Made by a program: the position numbers and the translations under genes. 64,000 nucleotides of DNA from contig JBBIRK010000004.1 of NCBI GenBank assembly GCA_037441845.1, positions 159,074 through 223,073 of the forward strand, read 5' to 3'. Positions within the stretch are counted from its first letter, which is position 1; every line of letters begins with the position of its first letter. Positions 1-8,756 of the stretch are shown piece by piece. Below the pieces are notes generated by a model, which searched no databases, was not told the origin of the DNA, and worked only from the letters and a program-made list of their open reading frames with translations. The stretch is from Candidatus Zixiibacteriota bacterium. GTDB lineage: Bacteria > Zixibacteria > MSB-5A5 > UBA10806 > 4484-95.

Positions 1-36
1 AAAGAAGGCAATATAAAGGAAATTATGGGAGTAGGG

Positions 37-1302
37 CTATCCGCGTCGGGCGAATGCGGCTGCGGCTGCTTTTCCGGCTACATAGCCCGAGGAAAAGGCG
101 AATTGCATGTTAAAACCTCCCCAGGGCCCCAATACATCCATCACCGCGCCCGCGAAAAACAGGTTTTTTACCAATTTCGATTCGCCGCTTGTGGGGTTTA
201 TTCCCTCGACTGCGACACCGCCTTTGACGCCTCTCGTGTAATTGAATGGTCTCGATCCTGCGACGGTCAGCCGGAAGTCTTTCATCACCACGATCAATGC
301 CTTGCGTTCCAAATTCGTCAGGCGCAACATAGATTTTTCGACGTCGATATTGGAGAGTTTGCCGATCGCCGCAGCCGTTTTTTGGTTGATATATTCGCTC
401 AGGCATTCGCTCACTTTCAAACGGGCATTAGACAGTTGCGCCTCAACCAGCTTGGAATCGATCTGCTCTTTGTTTAATTCGGGGACGAAATCCAAAGCCA
501 GTTCAACTTTGTTTTTGCCGAGATGTTCGATGATTTCCGCCGACTTGTCCAGAATTATCGGTCCGGATACTCCATAGTTCGTGAATTTGATGGAGCCCCT
601 GCCGCTGAAAATCGGCTCCTCTCCAGCATATATCGTCAGACTGACTTCACTCAACAACTCTCCGGCCATCGGGCGGAAAGCTTTTTCCTTGATCACGAGA
701 TCCACCATGGCCGGCCTGATATCATTGACCAAGTGTCCCGCTTTGCGGGCGATTTCATAACCGTCTTGAGTCGATCCGAATTTAGGTGAGGAAAAAGATC
801 CGGTGGCGAGAATCACCGCCGAGGCCGGATGCACGCTGTTGTTTACGACGACTCCCTTGACTGAATCGTTTTCGATCACCAAATCCGTCACTCTTGCCGA
901 TCTGATGATTTTCGCACCGGATTTTGCGGCCTGTTCGGAAATAGCGTTGATTATCGCATTCGGCTTGTAGCCGTTGGAGTGAAAACGACCGTACTCGTCC
1001 GCTTTCAAACTGAATCCGATTTTTTTCAGAAATTTAACGAGGTCGGCATAGGTGAATTCCCGTAGAAACGGCTCGACGAATAGCGACTTGTCGCCGAATT
1101 TGGCCGCCATGCGAGACGGCGGCAATTTCTCGGTGAATATAAATTCGTCCGGGGGAATGGCGGCCACCTTTTTCCCGGGCCAGGGATTCTTATTGAATAG
1201 CGTTACCTGAGCCGTCTCGGCCGCGGTTGCAGCCGCTATCAAACCTGCTGGACCGCCCCCCACCACAATTATGGGCGCCAATCCGCCACCAGTGCTTACC
1301 AC
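37..1302 (-). CDS. HI0933/BaiN-family NAD(P)/FAD-dependent oxidoreductase (divergent)
   Basis: N-terminal VVGGGPAG FAD motif, ILATG, FTxYGVSGPIIL, GGV and GGFNMQFAFSSG C-terminal motifs. Confidence 0.85.
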   Translation of the reverse strand: MVSTGGGLAPIIVVGGGPAGLIAAATAAETAQVTLFNKNPWPGKKVAAIPPDEFIFTEKLPPSRMAAKFGDKSLFVEPFLREFTYADLVKFLKKIGFSLKADEYGRFHSNGYKPNAIINAISEQAAKSGAKIIRSARVTDLVIENDSVKGVVVNNSVHPASAVILATGSFSSPKFGSTQDGYEIARKAGHLVNDIRPAMVDLVIKEKAFRPMAGELLSEVSLTIYAGEEPIFSGRGSIKFTNYGVSGPIILDKSAEIIEHLGKNKVELALDFVPELNKEQIDSKLVEAQLSNARLKVSECLSEYINQKTAAAIGKLSNIDVEKSMLRLTNLERKALIVVMKDFRLTVAGSRPFNYTRGVKGGVAVEGINPTSGESKLVKNLFFAGAVMDVLGPWGGFNMQFAFSSGYVAGKAAAAAFARRG

Positions 1303-1360
1303 ACTTTAACCCCGTAACCGCCTGACGGTTTTTCAAAATTAAAATGATTTAATCATTAAC

Positions 1361-1466
1361 AAAATATAACAGGTCCGCCCGTTGTCAAGAGTTTTAATGC
1401 AACATATCGACCGATTCTCGTGTTTCAATTTTGAAATCTTGACAAATTCGGTGATCGGCCTACTTT
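1361..1466. promoter_or_regulatory. Divergent sigma70-type promoter pair
   Basis: Back-to-back TTGACA: - strand at 1383-1388 with TATTTT 16 nt on; + strand at 1439-1444 with TACTTT 16 nt on. Confidence 0.5.
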
Positions 1467-1571
1467 TGTTCAGGGTACGGCAGGCGGTTTCCGGTGACTA
1501 TCACTTTTGGCCTGCGGATATTGTTTCGACAAATGTTTTTTTGCCTTATACAGATATCGAAGGAGGTTTCG

Positions 1572-4500
1572 ATGAGGGTAACCCTCGCGTCGATCATGAT
1601 TGTTCTATGCATGTGCCTTTATGCCTCCAGTGGTCAGCTCGTGCTCAACGAGGAGGGGAATTATTGCAAAGCCGGTCGGCTTTCGATCGGCGGCACGGAA
1701 TTGGAATTGAATCTGGGTCGGATCGAAATAATGGAAGAAAGCGCAGGGGCACAGATTTTATTGCCCGATTTCGATAAAGCGACGATCGGTCAAATATCAG
1801 GTTCCGGGGGAACCATACTGCCGGTTTATTGTCTTTTGCTGGCCGTTCCTCCCGAGAGCCGGATCGAGGCCGCTATCGAAAATGACGAATTCGTTGATAT
1901 TGCGAACAGCAGGCTTATCGAGGCGACCGCCGAGGATTTGGAATGGGTAAAATCGGATATCACAACCGAAGGTTTTTATCCAAAAGAACTTATGACATTC
2001 GAAAAAGTCGGGCAATTGCGGGATCTAACGCTGGCCAGGTTGATAATCTATCCGATTCAATATGATCCCCAAACGCAGACAATGCGGGTCCACGATAAAA
2101 TGAAAATAGCGGTTGCCCATGACGGTAGCAGTCTTCTAAGCGATGGCGAAAGTCTCAGCGAGGCGTTCATGCCGATTTATCGGTCGCTGTTATTTAATTC
2201 TTCGCTTTTAAGTGCATATTCGGTCACCCGGGGAGAATATTGGGTGCTTTCGCACGGCAATTTCACCGCCGGCGCCTCACAATTAGCCGATTGGAAAAAA
2301 GCCAAAGGATTTCCGGTAAGAATGATTTCCCTTGCGGACATTGGATCGAATCCAAGTTCCACTCAAATTAGGGCGTATTTGTTGAACCTTTACAATAATG
2401 TAGTTATAAAGCCCGATTATATATGCCTTGTGGGCGATGTCGATATGTCGGGCACGAATGGGCTGACGACCTATACATATACCAATCCATATGGATTCGG
2501 AACGATCGATTCGGATAATTTCTATACTTTTTTGCGAGGCACGGATTATTTCCCCGATGTCTTAATCGGACGCATTTCTGTAGATTATGCCAGCGAATTG
2601 ACACAATACTTGGCCAAGCATGCCGGTTACGAGCGCTATCCTCCTATGGGGGATCCGGATTATTATCGCAGGGCTACGGTCATCTCCGGAGGCGAGAATA
2701 ATTATTTTTTCACGCCTCGATTGACCAAGCTGTGGTGCCGCGAGATGATGCTCAATCATGGGTTCAGGGCGGTGGATACCATATTCGCATCCGACTCATA
2801 TACACCGCCGCCGGGGATGATCACGACCTCGCTGTCGAGAGGAGTGGCTTTCGTAAACTATCGGGGATACGGTACTCCCGACGGCTGGTCCTCGCCGTAT
2901 TATACATCATCATATCTGAACCAAATAAACAATGCTCCTTATTTTGGTGTCATGCATTCAATTGTCTGCGGAACCGGTGATTATAATGACGTCGTTTCGT
3001 CATGTTTCGGTGAGACCTGGATAAGAATGAACAACAAGGGCGGCCCGGGATTTATCGGCAACACCAATCACGATGCCCATACCAAATGGACCAATGCGAT
3101 TGATCATGGCATCTACTGGGGCTTGTTCATGGCCGAGGCCACAACGCTTGCGCAATCGCAGTTGACGGGAAAAATGAATTTATTCCTTTCCTTCCCCGAG
3201 AGCACTTCCCCGGGCGGCCAGGTCGAGCTTTATTTTAATAGCTATAATGTATTGGGGGATCCAGAACTTAACTGCTGGACCGGCCCACCGGTTGGTATCG
3301 CCGTATCTCACCCGGAATCGGTGGGGACCGGTTCCGCCGGCATCGAGGTGGTCGTCAACGATATTTATGGGGCACCTATAGAAAGCGCCTATGTATGCCT
3401 TTGGAAAGACCCGGAGATACATCTACTGGAATGCACCGACCATACGGGCAAAGCGTTCTTCGCTGTCAATTCTGCCACGACAGGACAACTTGCGGTCACG
3501 GTCACCGGAAGGGGCCTCAAACCCTATGAGGGCACGATAATTATCAGCGATAGGCCGGTTTACTGCAATGTTTCCTCGCTATCGATAGATGATGACAGTA
3601 TAGGTGGAACTTATGGCGACGCCGACGGCTCGGCCAATCCGGGCGAACTGATCGGCCTCGTGGCGACCATCAAGAATTTCGGCACAAACACGGCCGCCAA
3701 CGGCGTAGTCGGCGTCATTTCGTCTATCTCCCCATACATTCAAATAATAACGGATTCGGCTTGGTTCGGAGCGATCGCTCCGGGCGATTCGGCGACGGCT
3801 GCCAGGCCATACCTGATAAGAATCAATCAAGACGCACCAGATGGCCTCCCTGTGCCGCTGCAGATCGAAATCACCGCCGACAGCGGTTATCGCTGGACCA
3901 ATTATCCGGAGATTCCTGTAGCAGCACCCTCTATAGTTGTTTATTCGTATCAGATTATAGGCGGGAACGAAAACGGCCTTTTGGATCCGGGTGAAACGGT
4001 CTATCTGAAAATGGAGCTGGCTAATTACGGGCACCGCTCGATGAGGGAATCGCGGGGAGTGCTCCGTTGCTCCGATTCACTGATAACGGTCCAGGATTCG
4101 CTGGGCGCATTCGGCGCGATCGATACGAACGAGATCGGGAACAATAACAGCGATCCGTTTATCATATCTTTGCATAGTGGGGCGTATAACGGCAGAATTA
4201 TCGGCTTCACTTTGAACCTGGTGGGGAGCGACAGCTTGGCGCAGACCTGCCAGATGACCGTAAACGTAGGCAATCTCGCCTCCACCGATCCGATCGGCCC
4301 GGACGCATATGGCTATTATTGTTTCGATAATACCGATGTCAACTATCCGTATCATCCTATATATGAATGGGTGCCGATCGACACCATGGGTACTTACGTA
4401 TCGCTTTATGATGATAGGGTCGCGACGATCGATCTGCCGTTCCCCGTGAAATACTACGGCCAGACTTACACGAGAGTTACGATCTGCGACAATGGGTTCA

Positions 4501-5249
4501 TCGCCATGGGTTCGAGCTGGTGGCCTGCTTTTTTGAATGCGCATATCCCGGGCCCGCAATGCGCTCCGGCGATGATTGCTCCATTCTGGGACGATTTGAG
4601 CAGCGGCACGTCCCAGCCGTTGAAAGTTTATTATAATAGCGACGCCATAAACGGAAGGATGATTATCGGATGGAATAGGGCTTACAACAACGATACCTAT
4701 CAAAGGCTGACGTTCGAAATAATCATACTCGATGAGAGCATTTGGCCGACGCTGACCGGCGACAACGAAATTATTTTTCAATACTTCACGATAGTCGGCG
4801 CCAATTTGAACAGCGTCGGAATCTGCAATCAGGATAGAACCATCGGTATCGAGTATGTTTTCAACAATCGTTACGCCGAAGGTGCGGCGGTCTTGGCCAA
4901 TCAAAGGGCGTTGAAATTCACCACCGGAAGCAGCTATATCACCTCGCTTGACGACGGCGCCATACGACCGATGCGTTTCGAGTCGCATCAAAATTATCCT
5001 AATCCCTTCAATCAATCGACCGTTATAAGTTTCGAATTGCCGCAATCGAGCCAGACAAGGCTTGACATATTCGATCTGCTTGGGAGAAGAATAAGAACGT
5101 TCGCCGATAGACCGCTCGAGGCCGGCAAACATTCTGTCATCTGGGACGGCGCGGACGAAACCGGAAGCCCGGTAGCCAGTGGAATCTATTTTTGCAAGAT
5201 CGTCGCCGCCGGCGAGGAATCGATCCGCAAAATGGTCTTGATCAGATAG
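1572..5249 (+). CDS. Secreted C25 (gingipain-like) peptidase-family protein with FlgD-Ig/T9SS-like C-terminal domain
   Basis: AGGAGG RBS before ATG 1572; signal peptide; propeptide; LADWKKAKG, LVGD, SDNFY, IGRIS, YNVLGDPEL motifs; two repeated NPGE/DPGE Ig-like units; NYPNPFN...WDG...ASGIYF...KMVLIR terminus. Confidence 0.85.
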   Translation: MRVTLASIMIVLCMCLYASSGQLVLNEEGNYCKAGRLSIGGTELELNLGRIEIMEESAGAQILLPDFDKATIGQISGSGGTILPVYCLLLAVPPESRIEAAIENDEFVDIANSRLIEATAEDLEWVKSDITTEGFYPKELMTFEKVGQLRDLTLARLIIYPIQYDPQTQTMRVHDKMKIAVAHDGSSLLSDGESLSEAFMPIYRSLLFNSSLLSAYSVTRGEYWVLSHGNFTAGASQLADWKKAKGFPVRMISLADIGSNPSSTQIRAYLLNLYNNVVIKPDYICLVGDVDMSGTNGLTTYTYTNPYGFGTIDSDNFYTFLRGTDYFPDVLIGRISVDYASELTQYLAKHAGYERYPPMGDPDYYRRATVISGGENNYFFTPRLTKLWCREMMLNHGFRAVDTIFASDSYTPPPGMITTSLSRGVAFVNYRGYGTPDGWSSPYYTSSYLNQINNAPYFGVMHSIVCGTGDYNDVVSSCFGETWIRMNNKGGPGFIGNTNHDAHTKWTNAIDHGIYWGLFMAEATTLAQSQLTGKMNLFLSFPESTSPGGQVELYFNSYNVLGDPELNCWTGPPVGIAVSHPESVGTGSAGIEVVVNDIYGAPIESAYVCLWKDPEIHLLECTDHTGKAFFAVNSATTGQLAVTVTGRGLKPYEGTIIISDRPVYCNVSSLSIDDDSIGGTYGDADGSANPGELIGLVATIKNFGTNTAANGVVGVISSISPYIQIITDSAWFGAIAPGDSATAARPYLIRINQDAPDGLPVPLQIEITADSGYRWTNYPEIPVAAPSIVVYSYQIIGGNENGLLDPGETVYLKMELANYGHRSMRESRGVLRCSDSLITVQDSLGAFGAIDTNEIGNNNSDPFIISLHSGAYNGRIIGFTLNLVGSDSLAQTCQMTVNVGNLASTDPIGPDAYGYYCFDNTDVNYPYHPIYEWVPIDTMGTYVSLYDDRVATIDLPFPVKYYGQTYTRVTICDNGFIAMGSSWWPAFLNAHIPGPQCAPAMIAPFWDDLSSGTSQPLKVYYNSDAINGRMIIGWNRAYNNDTYQRLTFEIIILDESIWPTLTGDNEIIFQYFTIVGANLNSVGICNQDRTIGIEYVFNNRYAEGAAVLANQRALKFTTGSSYITSLDDGAIRPMRFESHQNYPNPFNQSTVISFELPQSSQTRLDIFDLLGRRIRTFADRPLEAGKHSVIWDGADETGSPVASGIYFCKIVAAGEESIRKMVLIR

Positions 5250-5268
5250 AATTGGAAAGCAGCCTTCC

Positions 5269-5303
5269 AACCGCCGAAATTCAGTTCGAACTCGGCGGTT
5301 TTT
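5269..5303 (+). terminator. Intrinsic terminator
   Basis: AACCGCCGA...TCGGCGGTT stem followed by a T run, just after the C25 gene stop. Confidence 0.7.
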
Positions 5304-5446
5304 CATTTATGGGAAGCAGTTCAATGGGCGGGACAACATCACGAGATCAGGCCATTACCAAATAGTTCTTCGATTCAATATCCATTTTAGTCAAAAGAAT
5401 AGTGGATATTGCCGATATTTCATAAAGTAAACAAGATAGGTTGATC

Positions 5447-5475
5447 TTGACAGGTGCAGAAGTTGCCGATATAAT
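5447..5475 (+). promoter_or_regulatory. Consensus sigma70 promoter of the pfk-pfk-gap operon
   Basis: Exact TTGACA-N17-TATAAT. Confidence 0.8.
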
Positions 5476-5496
5476 TGCACCTTTGGAATTGGCGGG

Positions 5497-6462
5497 ATGA
5501 GAATGAAGAGAATCGGTTTGCTTACTTCAGGCGGCGATTCGCCGGGAATGAATCCCTGTATCAGAGCGGTGGCTCGGGAAGCGTATGGCAGAGGTATTGA
5601 GGTCGTCGCTTTCCGCCGAGGTTATGCCGGTTTGCTCGACAATGATTTCATGATACTCACCGCCGAGCATACCGCCGGGATATTGCAAAAGGGCGGAACC
5701 ATACTGCTTACCGCGAGATGCGAGGATTTCAAGTATGAAGAAGCCCAAAAAGAAGCGATCCGTAATTTGATAAACAATGGCTGCGACGGCTTAATCGTAA
5801 TCGGCGGCGACGGATCGTTCCGTGGCGCACAGGCGATCGCCGGCAGGGGGATAGACGTGATCGGAATCCCGGGCTCTATCGATAACGATATTTACGGCAC
5901 CGACATGAGTTTGGGAGTGGACACCGCCATGAACAACATAATCGAGGCGGTCGACAAGATAAAGGATACGGCATCATCGCACGAACGCACATTCATAATA
6001 GAAACGATGGGAAGAGGTTCGGGATACCTGGCTTTGATGAGTGCGATCGCCACCGGCGCCGAGGCGGTGATTATCCCTGAGGTGCGTTACGATCTGGAGA
6101 AGATCGCCGCCCGCTTGAAAGATCGCTATAAGCAGGGCAAAGTAAGCAACATCATTATCGTCGCTGAGGGGGCTTCCACCGCTTATCAAGTCGGCAGACA
6201 GCTTTCCCGAATCGCCGGCATCGAATCCAAAATCACGGTGCTCGGACATTTACAGAGAGGCGGATCGCCCTCGGCGTTCGATCGCACGCTTGCCTCGCGG
6301 CTCGGGTCGGCGGCGGTGCAGAAACTGGTCGAGGGATTTTCGGGGTGTATGGTAGGCTTGCTGAAAGGCGAAATCAAGCTTTCGTCTTTTGAAACGGTAT
6401 TCAATAATAAAAAGGAACTTGGTCCCAAACTGATCGAATTGGCAGAGGTTCTCGGAAAGTAG
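5497..6462 (+). CDS. pfkA: ATP-dependent 6-phosphofructokinase
   Basis: TSGGDSPGMN, GGDGS (Gly at the ATP-specificity position), PGSIDND, MGR, LGHLQRGG. Confidence 0.93.
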   Translation: MRMKRIGLLTSGGDSPGMNPCIRAVAREAYGRGIEVVAFRRGYAGLLDNDFMILTAEHTAGILQKGGTILLTARCEDFKYEEAQKEAIRNLINNGCDGLIVIGGDGSFRGAQAIAGRGIDVIGIPGSIDNDIYGTDMSLGVDTAMNNIIEAVDKIKDTASSHERTFIIETMGRGSGYLALMSAIATGAEAVIIPEVRYDLEKIAARLKDRYKQGKVSNIIIVAEGASTAYQVGRQLSRIAGIESKITVLGHLQRGGSPSAFDRTLASRLGSAAVQKLVEGFSGCMVGLLKGEIKLSSFETVFNNKKELGPKLIELAEVLGK

Positions 6463-6469
6463 GTTGGTT

Positions 6470-7513
6470 ATGCGAATAGGCGTTCTAACCGGCGGAGGAG
6501 ATTGCCCCGGATTGAATGCGGTTATACGCGCCGTTGTCGTCAAATCGATTAAGGATTATCAATATGAAGTGGTGGGAATTCTGGGCGGCTGGAAAGGTTT
6601 GCTCGAGGAAAAATTCATAAAGCTGGATCGTAGCCAGGTCCGGGGCATAGTGTATAGGGGCGGAACTATCCTGAAAACATCACGCACCAATCCGCTCAAA
6701 ATCGAAGACGGCATTAAGAAAATCATCAAAAGCCTCGAAAAACAAAAAATAGAGGCTTTGGTTGCTATCGGCGGCGAAGATACGCTCGGGGTGGCGTCCA
6801 AGCTTTTCGAAAACGGAGTCAAAGTGATCGGAATCCCCAAGACGATCGATAATGACTTGGCCGGTACCGACTATACATTCGGATTTGATACGGCCATAAA
6901 TATCGCCATGGAAGCCATAGACAGACTTCACACGACGGCCGAAAGTCACAACCGAGCGCTCGTGGTGGAAGTGATGGGCAGACACACCGGCTGGATCGCC
7001 ATCGAGTCGGGACTTGCCGGCGGCGCCGACGTCATTCTTATTCCGGAACGTCCTTTTGATATCGATTCCGTCTGCGAAGTTATCAAGAAACGTCAGGAAA
7101 ACGGTATGGATTTCTCGATTATCGTCGTGGCCGAGGGCGCCAAATTCAAAGTCGACGCCGATCAAGACGGAACATTCATATTGCAGGATATGCAAAAAGA
7201 CGCATTCGGCCATGTCCGCCTCGGCGGAATCGGCAATGTTCTGGCCAAGGAAATCGAAAAACGAACCGGATTCGAGACGCGGTTCGTTATACTCGGGCAT
7301 ATTCAGCGCGGCGGGTCGCCGACCGCTTTCGATAGGGTGTTGGCGTCAAGGTTCGGCGTGGCGGCCGTGGATTTAATCGCCAAGGGGGATTTCGGTAAAA
7401 TGGTGGCGCTCAGGGGAAACGAAATCCACGGTGTTCCTTTGGAAGAGGCGCTGGCCAAGCCGAAAACCGTCCCCGATGATCTTTATGAAGCTGCACAAGT
7501 GTTTTTCGGATAA
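6470..7513 (+). CDS. pfp: 6-phosphofructokinase, probably PPi-dependent/mixed-substrate (group III)
   Basis: GGGDCPGLN, GGEDT (Asp), PKTIDND, DAFGHVRLGG. Confidence 0.85.
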   Translation: MRIGVLTGGGDCPGLNAVIRAVVVKSIKDYQYEVVGILGGWKGLLEEKFIKLDRSQVRGIVYRGGTILKTSRTNPLKIEDGIKKIIKSLEKQKIEALVAIGGEDTLGVASKLFENGVKVIGIPKTIDNDLAGTDYTFGFDTAINIAMEAIDRLHTTAESHNRALVVEVMGRHTGWIAIESGLAGGADVILIPERPFDIDSVCEVIKKRQENGMDFSIIVVAEGAKFKVDADQDGTFILQDMQKDAFGHVRLGGIGNVLAKEIEKRTGFETRFVILGHIQRGGSPTAFDRVLASRFGVAAVDLIAKGDFGKMVALRGNEIHGVPLEEALAKPKTVPDDLYEAAQVFFG

Positions 7514-7539
7514 ATAGGCGCTACCGCTAAGGAGGGATA

Positions 7540-8550
7540 ATGGGCGCAAAAGTAGGAATCAATGGTTTTGGACGGATCGGCCGCTTGGTGTTCAGGGCCG
7601 CATTGAACGACCCAACTATAGAGATCGTTGCGGTTAACGATATTACCAACGCCAAGACATTGGCGCATCTGTTGAAATACGATTCGATCCATAGAACCTT
7701 GCCTCAGGAAATCACCGCCGGCGAAGACAGTTTCACGATTGGCGGTAAGACCATAAAAGTTACCGCGGAAATGGACCCCGCCAATTTGCCATGGAAAAGT
7801 CTAGGGGTGGATATCGTCCTCGAGTGCACCGGCAAGTTCACCGAAAAGGAAAAAGCCGCCAAACATATATCGGCGGGCGCCAAGAAGGTATTGATATCGG
7901 CTCCGGCAAAAGGCCATGACGGAACTTTTGTGCGCGGAATAAATTTCGACAAGTACGATCCGGCCAAGCATCACATCGTTTCGATCGGCTCATGCACCAC
8001 GAACTGCTTGGCACCGATTACCAAAGTCTTGCACGATAATTTCACTATCAAGCGCGGGTTCATGACCACGATCCACTCCTACACCAACGATCAGCGCATT
8101 CTCGATCTGCCCCATAAGGATCTGCGCCGGGCGAGGGCTGCGGCCATGTCGATGATACCTACCACGACCGGCGCCGCCAAGGCGATTTCCGAAGTCATTC
8201 CGGAAATGAAAGGACGTCTCGACGGAGTTGCAGTAAGGGTCCCCACGCCCGACGGCTCGCTCGTCGATCTTGCGGTGGAAGTCGAAAAACCGACATCGGT
8301 GCAGGATGTAAACGCCGCCATGAAGAAGGCTGCGGAAGGTTCTATGAAGGGCGTTCTGAAATACACCGAGGACCCGATCGTCTCCTGCGATGTCATCGGA
8401 GATTCTCACTCGTCTGTGTTCGATTCGCTTTCCACGATGGTGATTGGCGGCACTCTGGTGAAGGTATTCTCCTGGTACGATAACGAATGGGGTTTCTCCT
8501 GCCGCATGCTCGATATGATAAAACTGCTTGCCGGCCAGAAGATTTCCTGA
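7540..8550 (+). CDS. gap: Type I glyceraldehyde-3-phosphate dehydrogenase
   Basis: GINGFGRIGR, SCTTNCL, WYDNEWG; AAGGAGG RBS. Confidence 0.97.
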   Translation: MGAKVGINGFGRIGRLVFRAALNDPTIEIVAVNDITNAKTLAHLLKYDSIHRTLPQEITAGEDSFTIGGKTIKVTAEMDPANLPWKSLGVDIVLECTGKFTEKEKAAKHISAGAKKVLISAPAKGHDGTFVRGINFDKYDPAKHHIVSIGSCTTNCLAPITKVLHDNFTIKRGFMTTIHSYTNDQRILDLPHKDLRRARAAAMSMIPTTTGAAKAISEVIPEMKGRLDGVAVRVPTPDGSLVDLAVEVEKPTSVQDVNAAMKKAAEGSMKGVLKYTEDPIVSCDVIGDSHSSVFDSLSTMVIGGTLVKVFSWYDNEWGFSCRMLDMIKLLAGQKIS

Positions 8551-8618
8551 TTCCAACTTGCAGTTATGATTCCGTTCCCGAACGGGAAGGCAAGATCAGA
8601 GTTGATATCGCATACACG

Positions 8619-8641
8619 AAGGGCGCCGTGAAGGCGCCCTT
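8619..8641. terminator. GC-rich hairpin downstream of gap (terminator or stability element)
   Basis: AAGGGCGCC-GTGAA-GGCGCCCTT 9-bp stem with a weak T tract. Confidence 0.6.
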
Positions 8642-8756
8642 GATTATTAGTATACAATGGCGGCAGTAGAATAACGCCTCCATCGAATATCCGGTATTTT
8701 ATCATTGAAATCGTCGCCTCTTGATAGTATAAAATACCCGGATCGAAGGAGGTTAC

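Noticed and set aside
1494..1571. Upstream extension of the C25 ORF
   Set aside because: The RBS and signal peptide point to ATG 1572
4077..5306. 409-aa antisense ORF
   Set aside because: Shadow of the C25 gene with no recognisable motifs
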